Shown here piece after piece: positions 38,233 to 50,593 of a stretch of DNA of 59,706 nucleotides. Source of the DNA: Candidatus Sericytochromatia bacterium. Its GTDB lineage: Bacteria; Cyanobacteriota; Sericytochromatia; S15B-MN24; UBA4093. The position numbers were made by a program, and so were the translations under genes. The stretch's first letter is position 1; the number at the start of each line of letters is the position of its first letter. Under the pieces are notes generated by a model that saw nothing but the letters and a program-made list of their open reading frames with translations, made no database searches and had not been told where the DNA came from. The stretch lies in contig JAKFBU010000053.1 in the NCBI GenBank assembly GCA_036676985.1, forward strand, positions 1 through 59,706. Reading direction: 5' to 3'.

Positions 38233-38297
38233 CAAATCAGACAAAAATGGTCCGATTTGCCCAGTCCGACTGTACGCCATGCCTCCAGGCTTGTCAA
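38233..38297 (-). promoter_or_regulatory. isc promoter TTGACA-N17-TACAGT and downstream Rrf2/IscR-type operator
   Basis: -35 at 38292-38297, -10 at 38269-38274; palindrome CAAATCGGAC-N7-GTCTGATTTG at 38233-38259 with the GAC-N7-GTC core of IscR type 1 sites. Confidence 0.8.
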
Positions 38298-38416
38298 ACG
38301 GGGCAGGAAGGATGGCGCCTCGATCCCCGACGGAGCGATCGCTCAGGCCGCGTGACGGAGCGGCGGCCAAAAAAGTTTCGGGCTCCGAGCCGCGCCGCGC
38401 GGGCACTTGCAGAAAC

Positions 38417-38460
38417 GGTGACGCGGGTCACCATAAGTCGTTCGATCGCTTGGGTATAGG
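38417..38460 (+). promoter_or_regulatory. CRP/FNR-like palindrome GGTGA-N6-TCACC with a downstream -10 (TATAGG)
   Basis: Site at 38417-38432, -10 at 38455-38460; spacing fits a class II (-41.5) activator site. Confidence 0.5.
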
Positions 38461-38465
38461 AGGAG

Positions 38466-38681
38466 GGGCGACGTTCTACCGAGTGAAGTGGAAAGGAGGC
38501 CCCGTCGGCTGCCTTCCGGCGGCCGGAGACGACGATATCCAGACATTGTCGTGTTTCTATTTCATGTCGGTCATCGGAAAGCCGACCGGGTGCGAGCTCA
38601 AGTAGAACTTGTGTTAATTGGCCGGTTTGTGAGCGGCTCAACACCCCAGTCGCAGTAAAGGGCCCCGCTGGGGGCCCTTTT
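38466..38681 (+). ncRNA. Candidate structured small RNA (~215 nt)
   Basis: Promoter-like elements upstream, nested stems with G-U pairs that form only on the + strand, terminator at the 3' end, no convincing ORF. Confidence 0.45.
38657..38681. terminator. Bidirectional Rho-independent terminator
   Basis: aaagggcccc-gctg-ggggcccttt followed by t. Confidence 0.85.
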
Positions 38682-38684
38682 GTC

Positions 38685-38816
38685 TTATCGGGGCATCACC
38701 CAGGGGTTGGGATCCGTCGCCTCGGCCAGGTGCTGCTTGGCCAGTCCCGCCCCCAGGAGCGCCGCCACCACGCACAGTGCGAGCACGGTCGCGGTCGGCC
38801 ATCTCTCCGTTCGCAT
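38685..38816 (-). CDS. Small single-TM protein (43 aa)
   Basis: MRTERWPTATVLALCVVAALLGAGLAKQHLAEATDPNPWVMPR; GGGAGGG RBS; ends at the terminator. Confidence 0.5.
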   Translation of the reverse strand: MRTERWPTATVLALCVVAALLGAGLAKQHLAEATDPNPWVMPR

Positions 38817-38941
38817 CCCACGTCCCTCCCTGGCCCTCGATCCTAGGCCCGGTCGTCGCTTGGCGGAACGGCCGGATCGCCGAGATCCATGGGCCGCTTT
38901 GTGAAGCGGCGCGCGCCGTGTAACATGGAGGGCTGCGAGCG

Positions 38942-40840
38942 ATGGAAAGGGAGGCGGCATTGAGCGGGGATGCGAACTGGGACGTGATCGTCATCGGCGG
39001 CGGGCATGCGGGCTGCGAGGCCGCGCTCGCGGCCGCCCGGCTCGGCAGCCGGACCATGCTCGCCACGGGCTCGCGCGCGACCATCGCGACCATGCCCTGC
39101 AACCCCGCCATCGGGGGCCCCGCCAAGGGCAACCTGGTCCGCGAGATCGACGCGCTGGGCGGCGAGATGGCCCGGGTCACCGACCGCACGGCCATGCAGA
39201 TCAAGATCCTCAACCAGTCCAAGGGCCCGGCCGTCCAGGCCCTGCGCGCCCAGTCCGACAAGGCCCGCTACGCGGAGGCCATGCGCGCGGTGGTCGAGCA
39301 AACCGCCAACCTCACGGTGCAAGAGGTGCTGGTGGAGGCCCTCCGCGCCACCCCGGACGGCGGCATGGAGCTGGTGACCGACCGCGGCGAGGTCCTGCGC
39401 GCCCGGGCCGTGGTGCTCACGACGGGGACCTTCTTGCGCGGCAAGCTGTTCACGGGCCTCGAGTCGACGCCGGGCGGCCGCACCGGTGAGGCGCCCGCCA
39501 ACGCCCTCACCCGGAGCCTGCACGAGCTTGGCCTCAGGACCGGCCGCCTCAAGACGGGCACGCCACCCCGAGTGGACGGCCGGACGCTGCGCTTCGAGCG
39601 CATGGACCTGGCGCCGGGCGGCACGCCCGACCTCCACTTCTCCTTTCTGCCGCCCGACGCGCCCACCCCGCAGCACCCCTGCTACCTGACGCACACCACC
39701 CTCAGGACGCACGCCGTCATCACCGGCGCGCTCGATCGCTCGCCCATGTTCACGGGCCTGATCGAGGGCGTGGGCCCCCGCTACTGCCCGAGCATCGAGG
39801 ACAAGGTCGTGCGGTTCCCGGACAAGGACTCGCACCCGGTCTTTTTGGAGCCCGAAGGCGCCGACACCGTCCAGTGGTACGTGCAGGGCATGTCCACGAG
39901 CCTGCCCGCGGACGTGCAGCTCGCCATGCTCCACACCATGCCGGGCCTGGAGGAGGTCGTCATGCTCAAGCCCGGCTACGCCGTCGAGTACGACTACATC
40001 CCGGCCATCCAGCTGCATGCGACCCTGCAGTGCAAGCTAGCACCCGGCCTCTTCACGGCGGGCCAGATCAACGGCACCTCGGGCTACGAGGAGGCCGCCG
40101 CCCAGGGCCTGGTCGCGGGCATCAACGCGGCCCGCCACGCGCGCGGCCAGGAGGGCGTCGTCTTCCCGCGCTCGGAGTCCTACCTGGGCACGCTCGTCGA
40201 CGACCTCGTCACCAAGGAGATCAACGATCCCTACCGCATGCTGACGAGCCGCTCCGAGTACCGCCTCTACCTCCGGCACGACAACGCCGACGAGCGCCTC
40301 ACGCCCCTGGGGCGCGAGATCGGACTGGTCTGCGATCGCCGCTGGGAGCTCTTCACGACCAAGCAAGAGGCCATCAAGGCGGAGCGGGCCTGGCTCCAGG
40401 CGACCCGCCTGTTGCCCGACCCCGCGCTCAACGAGCGCCTGGAAGCCGCCTGCGGCGAGCGGGTCGAGCGGCCCGTGACCCTCGAGGAGCTGCTGCGGCG
40501 CCCGCCCGTGCCCGCTCCCTTGGTCTGGGAGCTCGCCGGGCGGCCAGGGGTCGACCCCGGGGTCATGGAGCAGCTGGGCATCCAGACCAAGTATGCGGGC
40601 TACATCGAGCGCCAGACCGCCCAGATCGCCAAGCTCAAGCGCCTGGAGGACAAGGCCATTCCCCAGGACCTGGATTACCACGCCGTCAAGGGGCTCGCCC
40701 GCGAGGCCCAGGACAAGCTCGCCCGCGTCCAGCCCCGGACGCTCGCCCAGGCCGCCCGGGTGGGCGGCGTGACGCCCGCGGACGTCAGCCTGCTCCTCGT
40801 TCACCTGGAGTCCCGGCAGCGATCGCTGCTCCCCGGTTAA
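38942..40840 (+). CDS. mnmG: tRNA uridine-5-carboxymethylaminomethyl(34) synthesis enzyme MnmG/GidA
   Basis: [54 protein letters not shown]. Confidence 0.97.
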   Translation: MEREAALSGDANWDVIVIGGGHAGCEAALAAARLGSRTMLATGSRATIATMPCNPAIGGPAKGNLVREIDALGGEMARVTDRTAMQIKILNQSKGPAVQALRAQSDKARYAEAMRAVVEQTANLTVQEVLVEALRATPDGGMELVTDRGEVLRARAVVLTTGTFLRGKLFTGLESTPGGRTGEAPANALTRSLHELGLRTGRLKTGTPPRVDGRTLRFERMDLAPGGTPDLHFSFLPPDAPTPQHPCYLTHTTLRTHAVITGALDRSPMFTGLIEGVGPRYCPSIEDKVVRFPDKDSHPVFLEPEGADTVQWYVQGMSTSLPADVQLAMLHTMPGLEEVVMLKPGYAVEYDYIPAIQLHATLQCKLAPGLFTAGQINGTSGYEEAAAQGLVAGINAARHARGQEGVVFPRSESYLGTLVDDLVTKEINDPYRMLTSRSEYRLYLRHDNADERLTPLGREIGLVCDRRWELFTTKQEAIKAERAWLQATRLLPDPALNERLEAACGERVERPVTLEELLRRPPVPAPLVWELAGRPGVDPGVMEQLGIQTKYAGYIERQTAQIAKLKRLEDKAIPQDLDYHAVKGLAREAQDKLARVQPRTLAQAARVGGVTPADVSLLLVHLESRQRSLLPG

Positions 40841-40942
40841 GCTCCAAGGAGTTCTCCCTTCGGGACGAAGCCGGGACGGCGAGCCCCTCTTATGCTGAAG
40901 GGCGTCGCGCGAGCCGGTCGACCTGAGGCGGAGGGACCATCC

Positions 40943-42133
40943 ATGCGTTTGTCAGGCCACGACATCGTCTGCCTGTCCTCCCTGGACTGGGATCACCCGG
41001 TTCCCGCCCAGGCGCACGCCCTCATGGGCCAGCTGGCCGAGATGAACCGGGTGCTCTGGGTGGACGCCCCGGCCTCGGTGTGGGGCGGCCTGCGCCACGT
41101 GGCCGAGACCCGCTACCAGGAGAAGTGGGCGGCATGGGCCGGCATGCGCCGGGGCCCGCGCCGCCTCGCCAAGAACCTCTACGTCTGGACGCCGCCGCCC
41201 GCCACGCCCTTCGTGCGCCTGGACGCCTGGCGCCTGCGCCGCTCGCTGTCCGAGGTCTGCGCCGAGCTGCGCTTCGAGGCCCCCATCTACTGGGCGGACG
41301 CCAAGCGTCCCGGCGTCCTCGAGGTCCTCTCGGGGGTGGAGGCCTGCCTGGTGGTCTCCCAGCTCCATGCCCCGGAGCGGACCATCGCGCCCGCCGCCCG
41401 CCGGACGCTGGCCCGCGCGGATCTCGCGCTGGTGGCCACCCAGGCCCAGCGCCGCGCGCTCGCCGAGGAGATCCCCCAGGTCCAGTGCCTGCCCCGGGGC
41501 ATCGACTTCGACCTCTTCAACCGGGCCGTCTACGCGGCCACCCCCGTCGCCGCGGACCTGGCCGCCCAGGGGCGGCCGGTGGTGGGTTACCTGGGCGAGG
41601 TCGGCGAGACCTTCGACTTCCGGCTCTGGGAGTGGCTCGCGAGCCGGCGACCCAGCTGGCAGTTCGTCGCGGTGGGGGCCATCCGGCCCGCCTTCCAGGA
41701 TCGGGCCCAGCGCGCCATGCGCCTTCCGAACGTCCGCTTCCTGGGAGCGCGCCCCGCCGAGATGCTCCCCAGCTACCTCAAGGCCATGGACGCGGCGGCC
41801 TTCCCGCTCCGCCGCCAGGAGACGGCCATCGAGAGCGCGGAGGTCTACGAGTGCTTCGCGGCAGGCAAGCCCGTCGTGACGAGCGATCTCGCCCTGGCCG
41901 AGGACCTCGCGACGCGCGCGGCCACCCGCGGCGAGTTCCTGCGGGCCCTTGAGGAGCACGTGGCGCAGCCCAGCGCGCGCGGCGTCTTCGATCGGATCCA
42001 GCGGGCCCAGGCCCACACCTGGGAGGCGCGGGCGCGCCGCCTGGAGGTGCTCTTGATCGACCAGCTCGCCCTGAAGGTGAAGCCGAGCGCGATCCCGCTC
42101 CTCGTCGAGCGCATCGTGCGGCAGCGGGTGTAG
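40943..42133 (+). CDS. GT-B (family 4, TuaH-like) glycosyltransferase, divergent
   Basis: DIVCLSSLDW, GIDFDLF, PVVGYLG, PNVRFLG, YECFAAGKPVV; RBS GGAGG. Confidence 0.8.
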   Translation: MRLSGHDIVCLSSLDWDHPVPAQAHALMGQLAEMNRVLWVDAPASVWGGLRHVAETRYQEKWAAWAGMRRGPRRLAKNLYVWTPPPATPFVRLDAWRLRRSLSEVCAELRFEAPIYWADAKRPGVLEVLSGVEACLVVSQLHAPERTIAPAARRTLARADLALVATQAQRRALAEEIPQVQCLPRGIDFDLFNRAVYAATPVAADLAAQGRPVVGYLGEVGETFDFRLWEWLASRRPSWQFVAVGAIRPAFQDRAQRAMRLPNVRFLGARPAEMLPSYLKAMDAAAFPLRRQETAIESAEVYECFAAGKPVVTSDLALAEDLATRAATRGEFLRALEEHVAQPSARGVFDRIQRAQAHTWEARARRLEVLLIDQLALKVKPSAIPLLVERIVRQRV

Positions 42134-42195
42134 TCTCGCTCCCACGCCCCCGCTGAAGCTTGTCGCTCCCGCTGCCTCCGGGTAGAATGGAACGT

Positions 42196-45108
<2,913 letters not shown>

Positions 45109-45158
45109 GGGACCCATGCTAGACTCCTTCCGGTCACCGTGCCGGAAGGAGTTTTGTC

Positions 45159-45638
45159 ATGGCAGCTGCTGAGTCGATCGCCCTGCAGGGGCGGCTGGAT
45201 GCCCTCGTCGGAGAGTGGCAAGGAGAGACCCGGACCTGGTTCAGGCCGGGAGAGCCTGTCCGGGAGGCCCCGGTCACCGGACGCATGCGCAAGGTCGCCG
45301 ACGGCACGGGTGTGCTGCACGAGTACCAGAGCAGCCTCGACGGCGAGCCCTTCACGGGGGTGGTCCTGTACGCCGTGGACGTCGCCAAAGAGCGGGTGAC
45401 GGCCGCATGGGTCGACGGCTTTCACATGAGCACGGCCATGATGGTCTCGGAGGGGCCCCTGCGCCCCGACGTCGTCATGGACGTCCTCGGCCACTGGGAG
45501 GCCGGCGGCGAGACCTGGGGGTGGCGGACGGTGGTGCGCCAGGTGTCGCCCGATCACCTGGAACAGGTCGCTTTTCTCATCACGCCCTCCGGAGAAGAGC
45601 ATCGGGCCACCGAGACCCACTACCACCGGCGGGTCTAG
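45159..45638 (+). CDS. DUF1579 family protein
   Basis: LVGEWQG.TRTWF.PG, AWVDGFHM, WGWRT, ITPSGEE; RBS AAGGAG. Confidence 0.8.
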   Translation: MAAAESIALQGRLDALVGEWQGETRTWFRPGEPVREAPVTGRMRKVADGTGVLHEYQSSLDGEPFTGVVLYAVDVAKERVTAAWVDGFHMSTAMMVSEGPLRPDVVMDVLGHWEAGGETWGWRTVVRQVSPDHLEQVAFLITPSGEEHRATETHYHRRV

Positions 45639-45662
45639 GCCGCGCCCGGGTCCGGCGACGAG

Positions 45663-45689
45663 GGACCCCCGCGTTCGCGAGGGTGACGG
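45663..45689 (-). repeat. CGTC-type REP-like palindrome
   Basis: ggacccccgcgttcgcgagggtgacgg, nearly identical to 23793-23819. Confidence 0.75.
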
Positions 45690-45949
45690 ATTCCCGGCTC
45701 CCGTCTTCTAGGCAACTGGAAGTTGGCTGGCATGTGCCCCGCCTCCCCACCGGGAGGCGGGGCATTGGCATGGCGGGCCCGGCCGATGATCAACAATCGA
45801 GAGGGGGATAAGTATTGTTAACTTTACGATAGGGCATCCTGCTTTCGGTCTATGATGACCGTACGGCCAGGAATCCCTCTAGGCCTGTGTTCAGGGCCTG
45901 CGGCCCATTCCGATCCCCCTTTCCCCGACCCGGAGAGCATAGCGTCGAC

Positions 45950-46633
45950 ATGGAACTTCAGCCCCCCCACCGCTGGGACCTTCCTCCCTACGAGGCTCAG
46001 CAGCTTCAGCAGACCCTCAGCACCGACGTCGTCGCCGAAGATGCGCTGGAGGACATCCACACCATCGCCGGGGTAGAGATCGGCCACAGCCGGTTCAACG
46101 AGACGCTGACCGTCGGCGTGTCGCTCCTGAGCTACCCGGACCTCGCGCTGATCGAGAAGCGGGTCGTGGAGTACCAGACCAAGTTCCCCTTCATTCCCGA
46201 GCTGCTCTCGTTCCGCGAGGCACCGGCGGTCATCGCGGCCCTCGAGAGCCTGTCGCGGCGTCCGGACCTGGTGCTGGTGGACGGCCCCGGCATCGCCCAC
46301 GCCAAGGGCCTGGGCGTGGCCTCGCACGTGGGCGTCGTGACGGGCCTGCCGACCATCGGCTGCGCCAAGTCGACCTCGGTGGGCTCCTTCGTGGAGCCCG
46401 AGGTCAACGCCGGCTCCACCTCGTCCCTGGTCTGGCAGGGCGAGATCATCGGGGTGGTCTTCCGCTCCAAGAACCGGGTGGCCCCGCTCTTCATCTCGGC
46501 GGGACACCGCGTGGGCCGGGTGACGGCCGCGCGCATCGTGAGCCAGTGCTGCCAGGGCTATCGCCTGCCAGAGCCCCTGCGCCATGCGAGCAACGCCCTG
46601 GCCGAGACCAAGCGGGCGGCAGCGGTCAGCTAG
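45950..46633 (+). CDS. nfi: Endonuclease V homolog with altered active site
   Basis: LLSFREAP, VDGPGIAH, GVASHVG, TIGCAKS, PLFISAGHRV, YRLPEP. Confidence 0.8.
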   Translation: MELQPPHRWDLPPYEAQQLQQTLSTDVVAEDALEDIHTIAGVEIGHSRFNETLTVGVSLLSYPDLALIEKRVVEYQTKFPFIPELLSFREAPAVIAALESLSRRPDLVLVDGPGIAHAKGLGVASHVGVVTGLPTIGCAKSTSVGSFVEPEVNAGSTSSLVWQGEIIGVVFRSKNRVAPLFISAGHRVGRVTAARIVSQCCQGYRLPEPLRHASNALAETKRAAAVS

Positions 46634-46638
46634 CCGCT

Positions 46639-47133
46639 ATGGCGCTTGCGAGCTTCGACTACGTCCGATCGTTCTGCCAGGCGGCCGAGAACATCCTGCA
46701 CCAGCTGGTCGCGGAGACGCCGGCGCGCGGCAAGTCGACGTTCCAGCACGGGGCGGGCATCACGCTGCAGGAAGTCAACGTCATCATCGGTCTGACGGGC
46801 GAGCTCAAGGGCCGGATCAACTTCGGCATGAGCCCGGCGACGGCCAAGGCGATCGCCGGCGCCATGATGTTCGAGGAGGTGTCCGAGCTCGACGAGATGG
46901 CCATCTCGGCCCTCTGCGAGCTGGGCAACATGATCTCGGGGCAGGCCACCATCCTGCTCAGCCAGGGCGGGGCCAAGTCGGACATCACGCCGCCGTCCAT
47001 CGTCATGGGCTCGTCGGTGTTCGCCGCCTGGTACGGGATCCGGGCCATGACCGTGGCGCTCGACATGAGCGTCGGGACCGTGCACCTCACCGTCGGGATC
47101 CAGCCCAAGACGACGACGGCCACGCGCCGCTAA
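46639..47133 (+). CDS. cheX: CheX-family CheY-P phosphatase
   Basis: VIIGLTGELKG, AISALCELGNMISG (E-x2-N), DITPPSIV. Confidence 0.88.
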   Translation: MALASFDYVRSFCQAAENILHQLVAETPARGKSTFQHGAGITLQEVNVIIGLTGELKGRINFGMSPATAKAIAGAMMFEEVSELDEMAISALCELGNMISGQATILLSQGGAKSDITPPSIVMGSSVFAAWYGIRAMTVALDMSVGTVHLTVGIQPKTTTATRR

Positions 47134-47309
47134 CTCCGCGGAACCAACGGGGGCCGCGGGGCGTCTCCGACTCGGAGCGACCCGTGGTTTTCAATCGTTG
47201 CCGCCAAGGGTACGATCCGGTAGAATGGTCGCGTTCGGCTTGGCAGCACGTTTTAAGGTGTCTGCGCCCTGAGCCGGATCGGCTCCCGCGCAAGCAATGG
47301 AGGCTATTG

Positions 47310-48983
47310 ATGGGATCTTACCGCTGGCTCCCCCTGATCGTGGCAGGGACGCTCCTGGTGGGCGCATGTTCGGGCAACAACCCCGCCAGCCCGGGCGCCA
47401 CCAACCCCAGCATGCCGGGAGCCACCGGAGCCGGCTCGAGCATGGCCGCTCCCCAGGTCGGCGGCGAGAAGATCACCGTCAAGGGCGCCGTCGCCGACGT
47501 GCGCACGGGTGAGGGCGTCACCAAGGCCATCCTCGTCGTGCAGGCCCTCTCAACCGACGTGCTGCCCTCCGCCACGGGCTCCATGGACGCCTCGGGCTCC
47601 ATGGGCGCGCTGCCCGGCGACGCCACCGCGTCGGCCCCCACGCCGCCTCCGGCTCCGGCTGCGAGCGCCGGTCGTCAGGGCGCCACCGCCCCGCGCCGCC
47701 CCGCGCCCGCGCCCGAGGATCCCAAGCGCCCCCGCAAGGTGACGGTCGACGGCCAGGGTCAGTTCGAGATCAAGGACATGGCGCCCGGCACCTACCAGAT
47801 CACGGCCTACGCCCCCGGCTACCAGGCCCTGACCATCGTCGGCAACCGCCCCTCCCAGCTCAACCTCGCCCTGGTGCCGCACAAGGCCGGCGCCGGCCAT
47901 GAGGTCGCGGGCAAGGTCCTGTCGGCAGCCGCCAAGCCGGCCGCCGGCGCCCACATCGTGGCGGGCGTCCTGCCCGGCCTGACCATCGGCGACTCCACCA
48001 CCTCCAACGACGACGGCCGCTTCGAGCTCAAGGACCTCAAGACGGGCAAGACCCCCATCGCGGCCTACCTGGCCGAGACCGGCGAGATCAGGGCCTGGGC
48101 CCTCCAGCCGGACGTGCCCGTCGCCGTCGGCAAGGAGAAGAAGACTCCGACCCCCGAGCTCACGCTGCGCGCCGTGACCAACCCCGTCATCTTCTCGGGC
48201 AAGGTCTCCGCCCCGAGCAAGGAGCTCCGCCCCCGCCAGGTGGCCGTCCAGCTCGTGACGGACTACGGCGAGGTGCCGCTCTTGACCCGCACGCCCGACA
48301 AGGAGGGCTACTTCCGCTTCTCCTTGCCCGCCCTGGCCGAAGGTCAGACCTACCACCTGATCGCCTCGGGAGCGAGCGAGCAGGGGGATGTGGTCTACTC
48401 GCACCGCCACAAGCTCAACGCCTCCGACCTCAAGCTCGAGCTCGAGCTGCCGGCCGCCGCCAAGGCCCCGAACGTCGCCTCGGCCGAGGATCCCGTCGCC
48501 ATCACCTGGGACGGCATGGAGGGCGCGTCGGTCTACCGCCTGCGCCTGGACACCACCGAAGAGGAGCCCACCACCGTCTGGGAGGCCTACTCCACCGGCA
48601 CCCGCGTCTCGCTGCCCGACCATGACGTGCTCCCGCTCCTCAAGAAAGGCGAGAAGTACCGCCTGACGCTCAGCGCCATCAAGGTGGCGGACGGCACGGC
48701 CTACGAGCTCTCCGGCGTGATGGCCGAGCCCTGGGCGTTTGCCGCCAACCACGCCCCGGTGGAGTTCACCTACGGCGAGGACGCCCCCCAGACGCCCAAG
48801 GCCGGAGCCACGGGGTCCGTCGTCCCCGTCCCGGTCGCGCCCGAGGCGCCCGCCAAGCCCAAGCCGGTCGTCAAGCCGCCGGTCAAGCCCCAGGCGAAGC
48901 CGCAGGCCAAGCCTGCGCCCAAGGCCACCCCGAAGCCCAAGGCCGGCAAGGTCGTCTGGCGCCCCGAGGAGCCGCGTGCCTAG
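47310..48983 (+). CDS. Lipoprotein with carboxypeptidase-regulatory-like (transthyretin-fold) repeats
   Basis: Start MGSYRWLPLIVAGTLLVGAC (lipobox); GQFEIKDMAPGTYQITAYAPGY; Pro/Lys-rich tail. Confidence 0.78.
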   Translation: MGSYRWLPLIVAGTLLVGACSGNNPASPGATNPSMPGATGAGSSMAAPQVGGEKITVKGAVADVRTGEGVTKAILVVQALSTDVLPSATGSMDASGSMGALPGDATASAPTPPPAPAASAGRQGATAPRRPAPAPEDPKRPRKVTVDGQGQFEIKDMAPGTYQITAYAPGYQALTIVGNRPSQLNLALVPHKAGAGHEVAGKVLSAAAKPAAGAHIVAGVLPGLTIGDSTTSNDDGRFELKDLKTGKTPIAAYLAETGEIRAWALQPDVPVAVGKEKKTPTPELTLRAVTNPVIFSGKVSAPSKELRPRQVAVQLVTDYGEVPLLTRTPDKEGYFRFSLPALAEGQTYHLIASGASEQGDVVYSHRHKLNASDLKLELELPAAAKAPNVASAEDPVAITWDGMEGASVYRLRLDTTEEEPTTVWEAYSTGTRVSLPDHDVLPLLKKGEKYRLTLSAIKVADGTAYELSGVMAEPWAFAANHAPVEFTYGEDAPQTPKAGATGSVVPVPVAPEAPAKPKPVVKPPVKPQAKPQAKPAPKATPKPKAGKVVWRPEEPRA

Positions 48984-48999
48984 AACGGTTGGCCATTGA

Positions 49000-49938
49000 A
49001 TGATGGGAAGCTACGTCGTCCTCGATCTCGAGACGACCGGGCTTGACTACAAGCTCGATCGGATCCTCGAGATCGGGGCGGTGCGCCTCGTCGACGGAGC
49101 GGTCGCGGGCGAGTTCCAGGCCCTGGTGAACCCCGAGGTGCCCCTGCGCGACGAGAACGTCGCCTTCCACGGCATCACGCCCGAGCTGGTGGCGGGGGCC
49201 CCGACCATCGCCGAGGTCCTGCCGGAGTTCCTCGCCTTTCTGGGCGACGATCCGGCGGTGGCGCACAACGCCCTCTTCGACATGAACTTCCTCACGCACC
49301 ATGCCCGCGCGGCCCTGGGCGTGACGCTCACCAACGCGGCCATCGACACCCACGAGCTCGCCAAGGAGGTCTTCCCGCGCGAGAAGGCGCTCAGCCTGGA
49401 GCGCCTCCTGGAGCTGTTTGGCGCCCCGCCCCGGCCGCTGCACCGCGCCCTCGAGGACGCCCGCGCCCTCGCGGAGGTCTTTCCGGCTCTCAAGGCCGCC
49501 TTCGACGAGCGGCGGGAGTACCAGCGGGCCCAGTTCAACCGCATCCAGCACGTGGCCATGCGCTACCGGGAGCTCGGGCGCCTCATCGATCTGATGCAGG
49601 GCGAGTTCAAGGAGCTGCGCAAGACCCTCGAGGTCTACTTCGCCGAGTCCGGCGCCGAGCAGATCCCCATCCCGGGGGGCGACGTGCTGCGCCGCCTCCA
49701 CCACGAGTCCTACGAGTTCCACCCGGACGAGCTGCGCGCGGTCCTCGCCGAGCTCGGGATCCTGGATCACGTCCAGCGCATCGACCGCGAGAAGGTCGAT
49801 CGGTGGGTGAAGGGCGATCGCCTCAGCGAGTCCGAGAAGGCGGCCCTGCTGCAAACCCGGCGCTTCCTGGGTCATCGCCTGGTCATGAGCTGGGAGCGCC
49901 GCCGGATCGAGGTCTCGCGCCAAGAGGTGGAAGGCTAA
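49000..49938 (+). CDS. DEDDh 3'-5' exonuclease (DnaQ-like) with C-terminal extension
   Basis: VLDLETTG, AHNALFD, HRALEDA. Confidence 0.9.
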   Translation: MMGSYVVLDLETTGLDYKLDRILEIGAVRLVDGAVAGEFQALVNPEVPLRDENVAFHGITPELVAGAPTIAEVLPEFLAFLGDDPAVAHNALFDMNFLTHHARAALGVTLTNAAIDTHELAKEVFPREKALSLERLLELFGAPPRPLHRALEDARALAEVFPALKAAFDERREYQRAQFNRIQHVAMRYRELGRLIDLMQGEFKELRKTLEVYFAESGAEQIPIPGGDVLRRLHHESYEFHPDELRAVLAELGILDHVQRIDREKVDRWVKGDRLSESEKAALLQTRRFLGHRLVMSWERRRIEVSRQEVEG

Positions 49939-50020
49939 GGCGCTTGCCAGGGGGCTGTGCTAAGATATTGCCTGCCGAAACCTAGCGAGCGCTGAGCGCT
50001 CCCCTGTACGGAGATTCATC

Positions 50021-50563
50021 GTGGCCAACGAATATCCCCATCTCATCGAGCGCGGCCTGACTCAAGAGAGCATCTACCGAGGCAAGATGCTCAAGGTCCG
50101 GGTCGATACGGTCGCATTGCCCAACGGGGAGATTGCCCAGCGCGAGATCGTCGAGCATCCCGGGGCGGTGGCGATGGTGCCGCTGACGGCCGACGGCAAG
50201 GTGGTGCTGGTTCGCCAGTTTCGCTACCCGATCAACCGGGTGACGCTGGAGATCCCGGCGGGCAAGCTGGAGTGGGGCGAGGAGCCCGAGGCCACCTGCG
50301 CGCGCGAGCTCGCCGAGGAGACGGGGCTGCAGGCCGCGACCCTCGAGAAGCTCACGGAGGTCGTCGTGACCCCCGGCTACAGCAACGAGAAGATCGGGAT
50401 CTTCAAGGCGACCGGCCTCACGAAGATCGCGGCCCTGTCGGAGGCCGACGAGTTCATCGACATCGTCGAGCTGCCGCTCTCCGAGGCGATCGCCATGGTC
50501 CAGCGCGGCGAGATCCAGGACGCCAAGACCGTCGTCGCCCTGCTCTGGCTGAGCCAGGCGTAA
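50021..50563 (+). CDS. Nudix hydrolase (ADP-ribose pyrophosphatase-like)
   Basis: VEHPGAV, RQFRYP, EIPAGK..CARELAEETG, QDAKT. Confidence 0.92.
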   Translation: MANEYPHLIERGLTQESIYRGKMLKVRVDTVALPNGEIAQREIVEHPGAVAMVPLTADGKVVLVRQFRYPINRVTLEIPAGKLEWGEEPEATCARELAEETGLQAATLEKLTEVVVTPGYSNEKIGIFKATGLTKIAALSEADEFIDIVELPLSEAIAMVQRGEIQDAKTVVALLWLSQA

Positions 50564-50593
50564 CGCCCCCGCCCCACGCGGTATGATGGGGCC

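Noticed and set aside
38466-38681. tmRNA, RNase P, SRP or c-di-GMP riboswitch identity for the candidate RNA
   Set aside because: No tRNA-like ends or CCA, no GAGGAAAGUCC, no SRP GGAA-loop motif and no GEMM consensus seen.
46584-47309. N-terminal extension of the 799-aa ORF
   Set aside because: Overlaps cheX in another frame; the lipoprotein signal begins at 47310.
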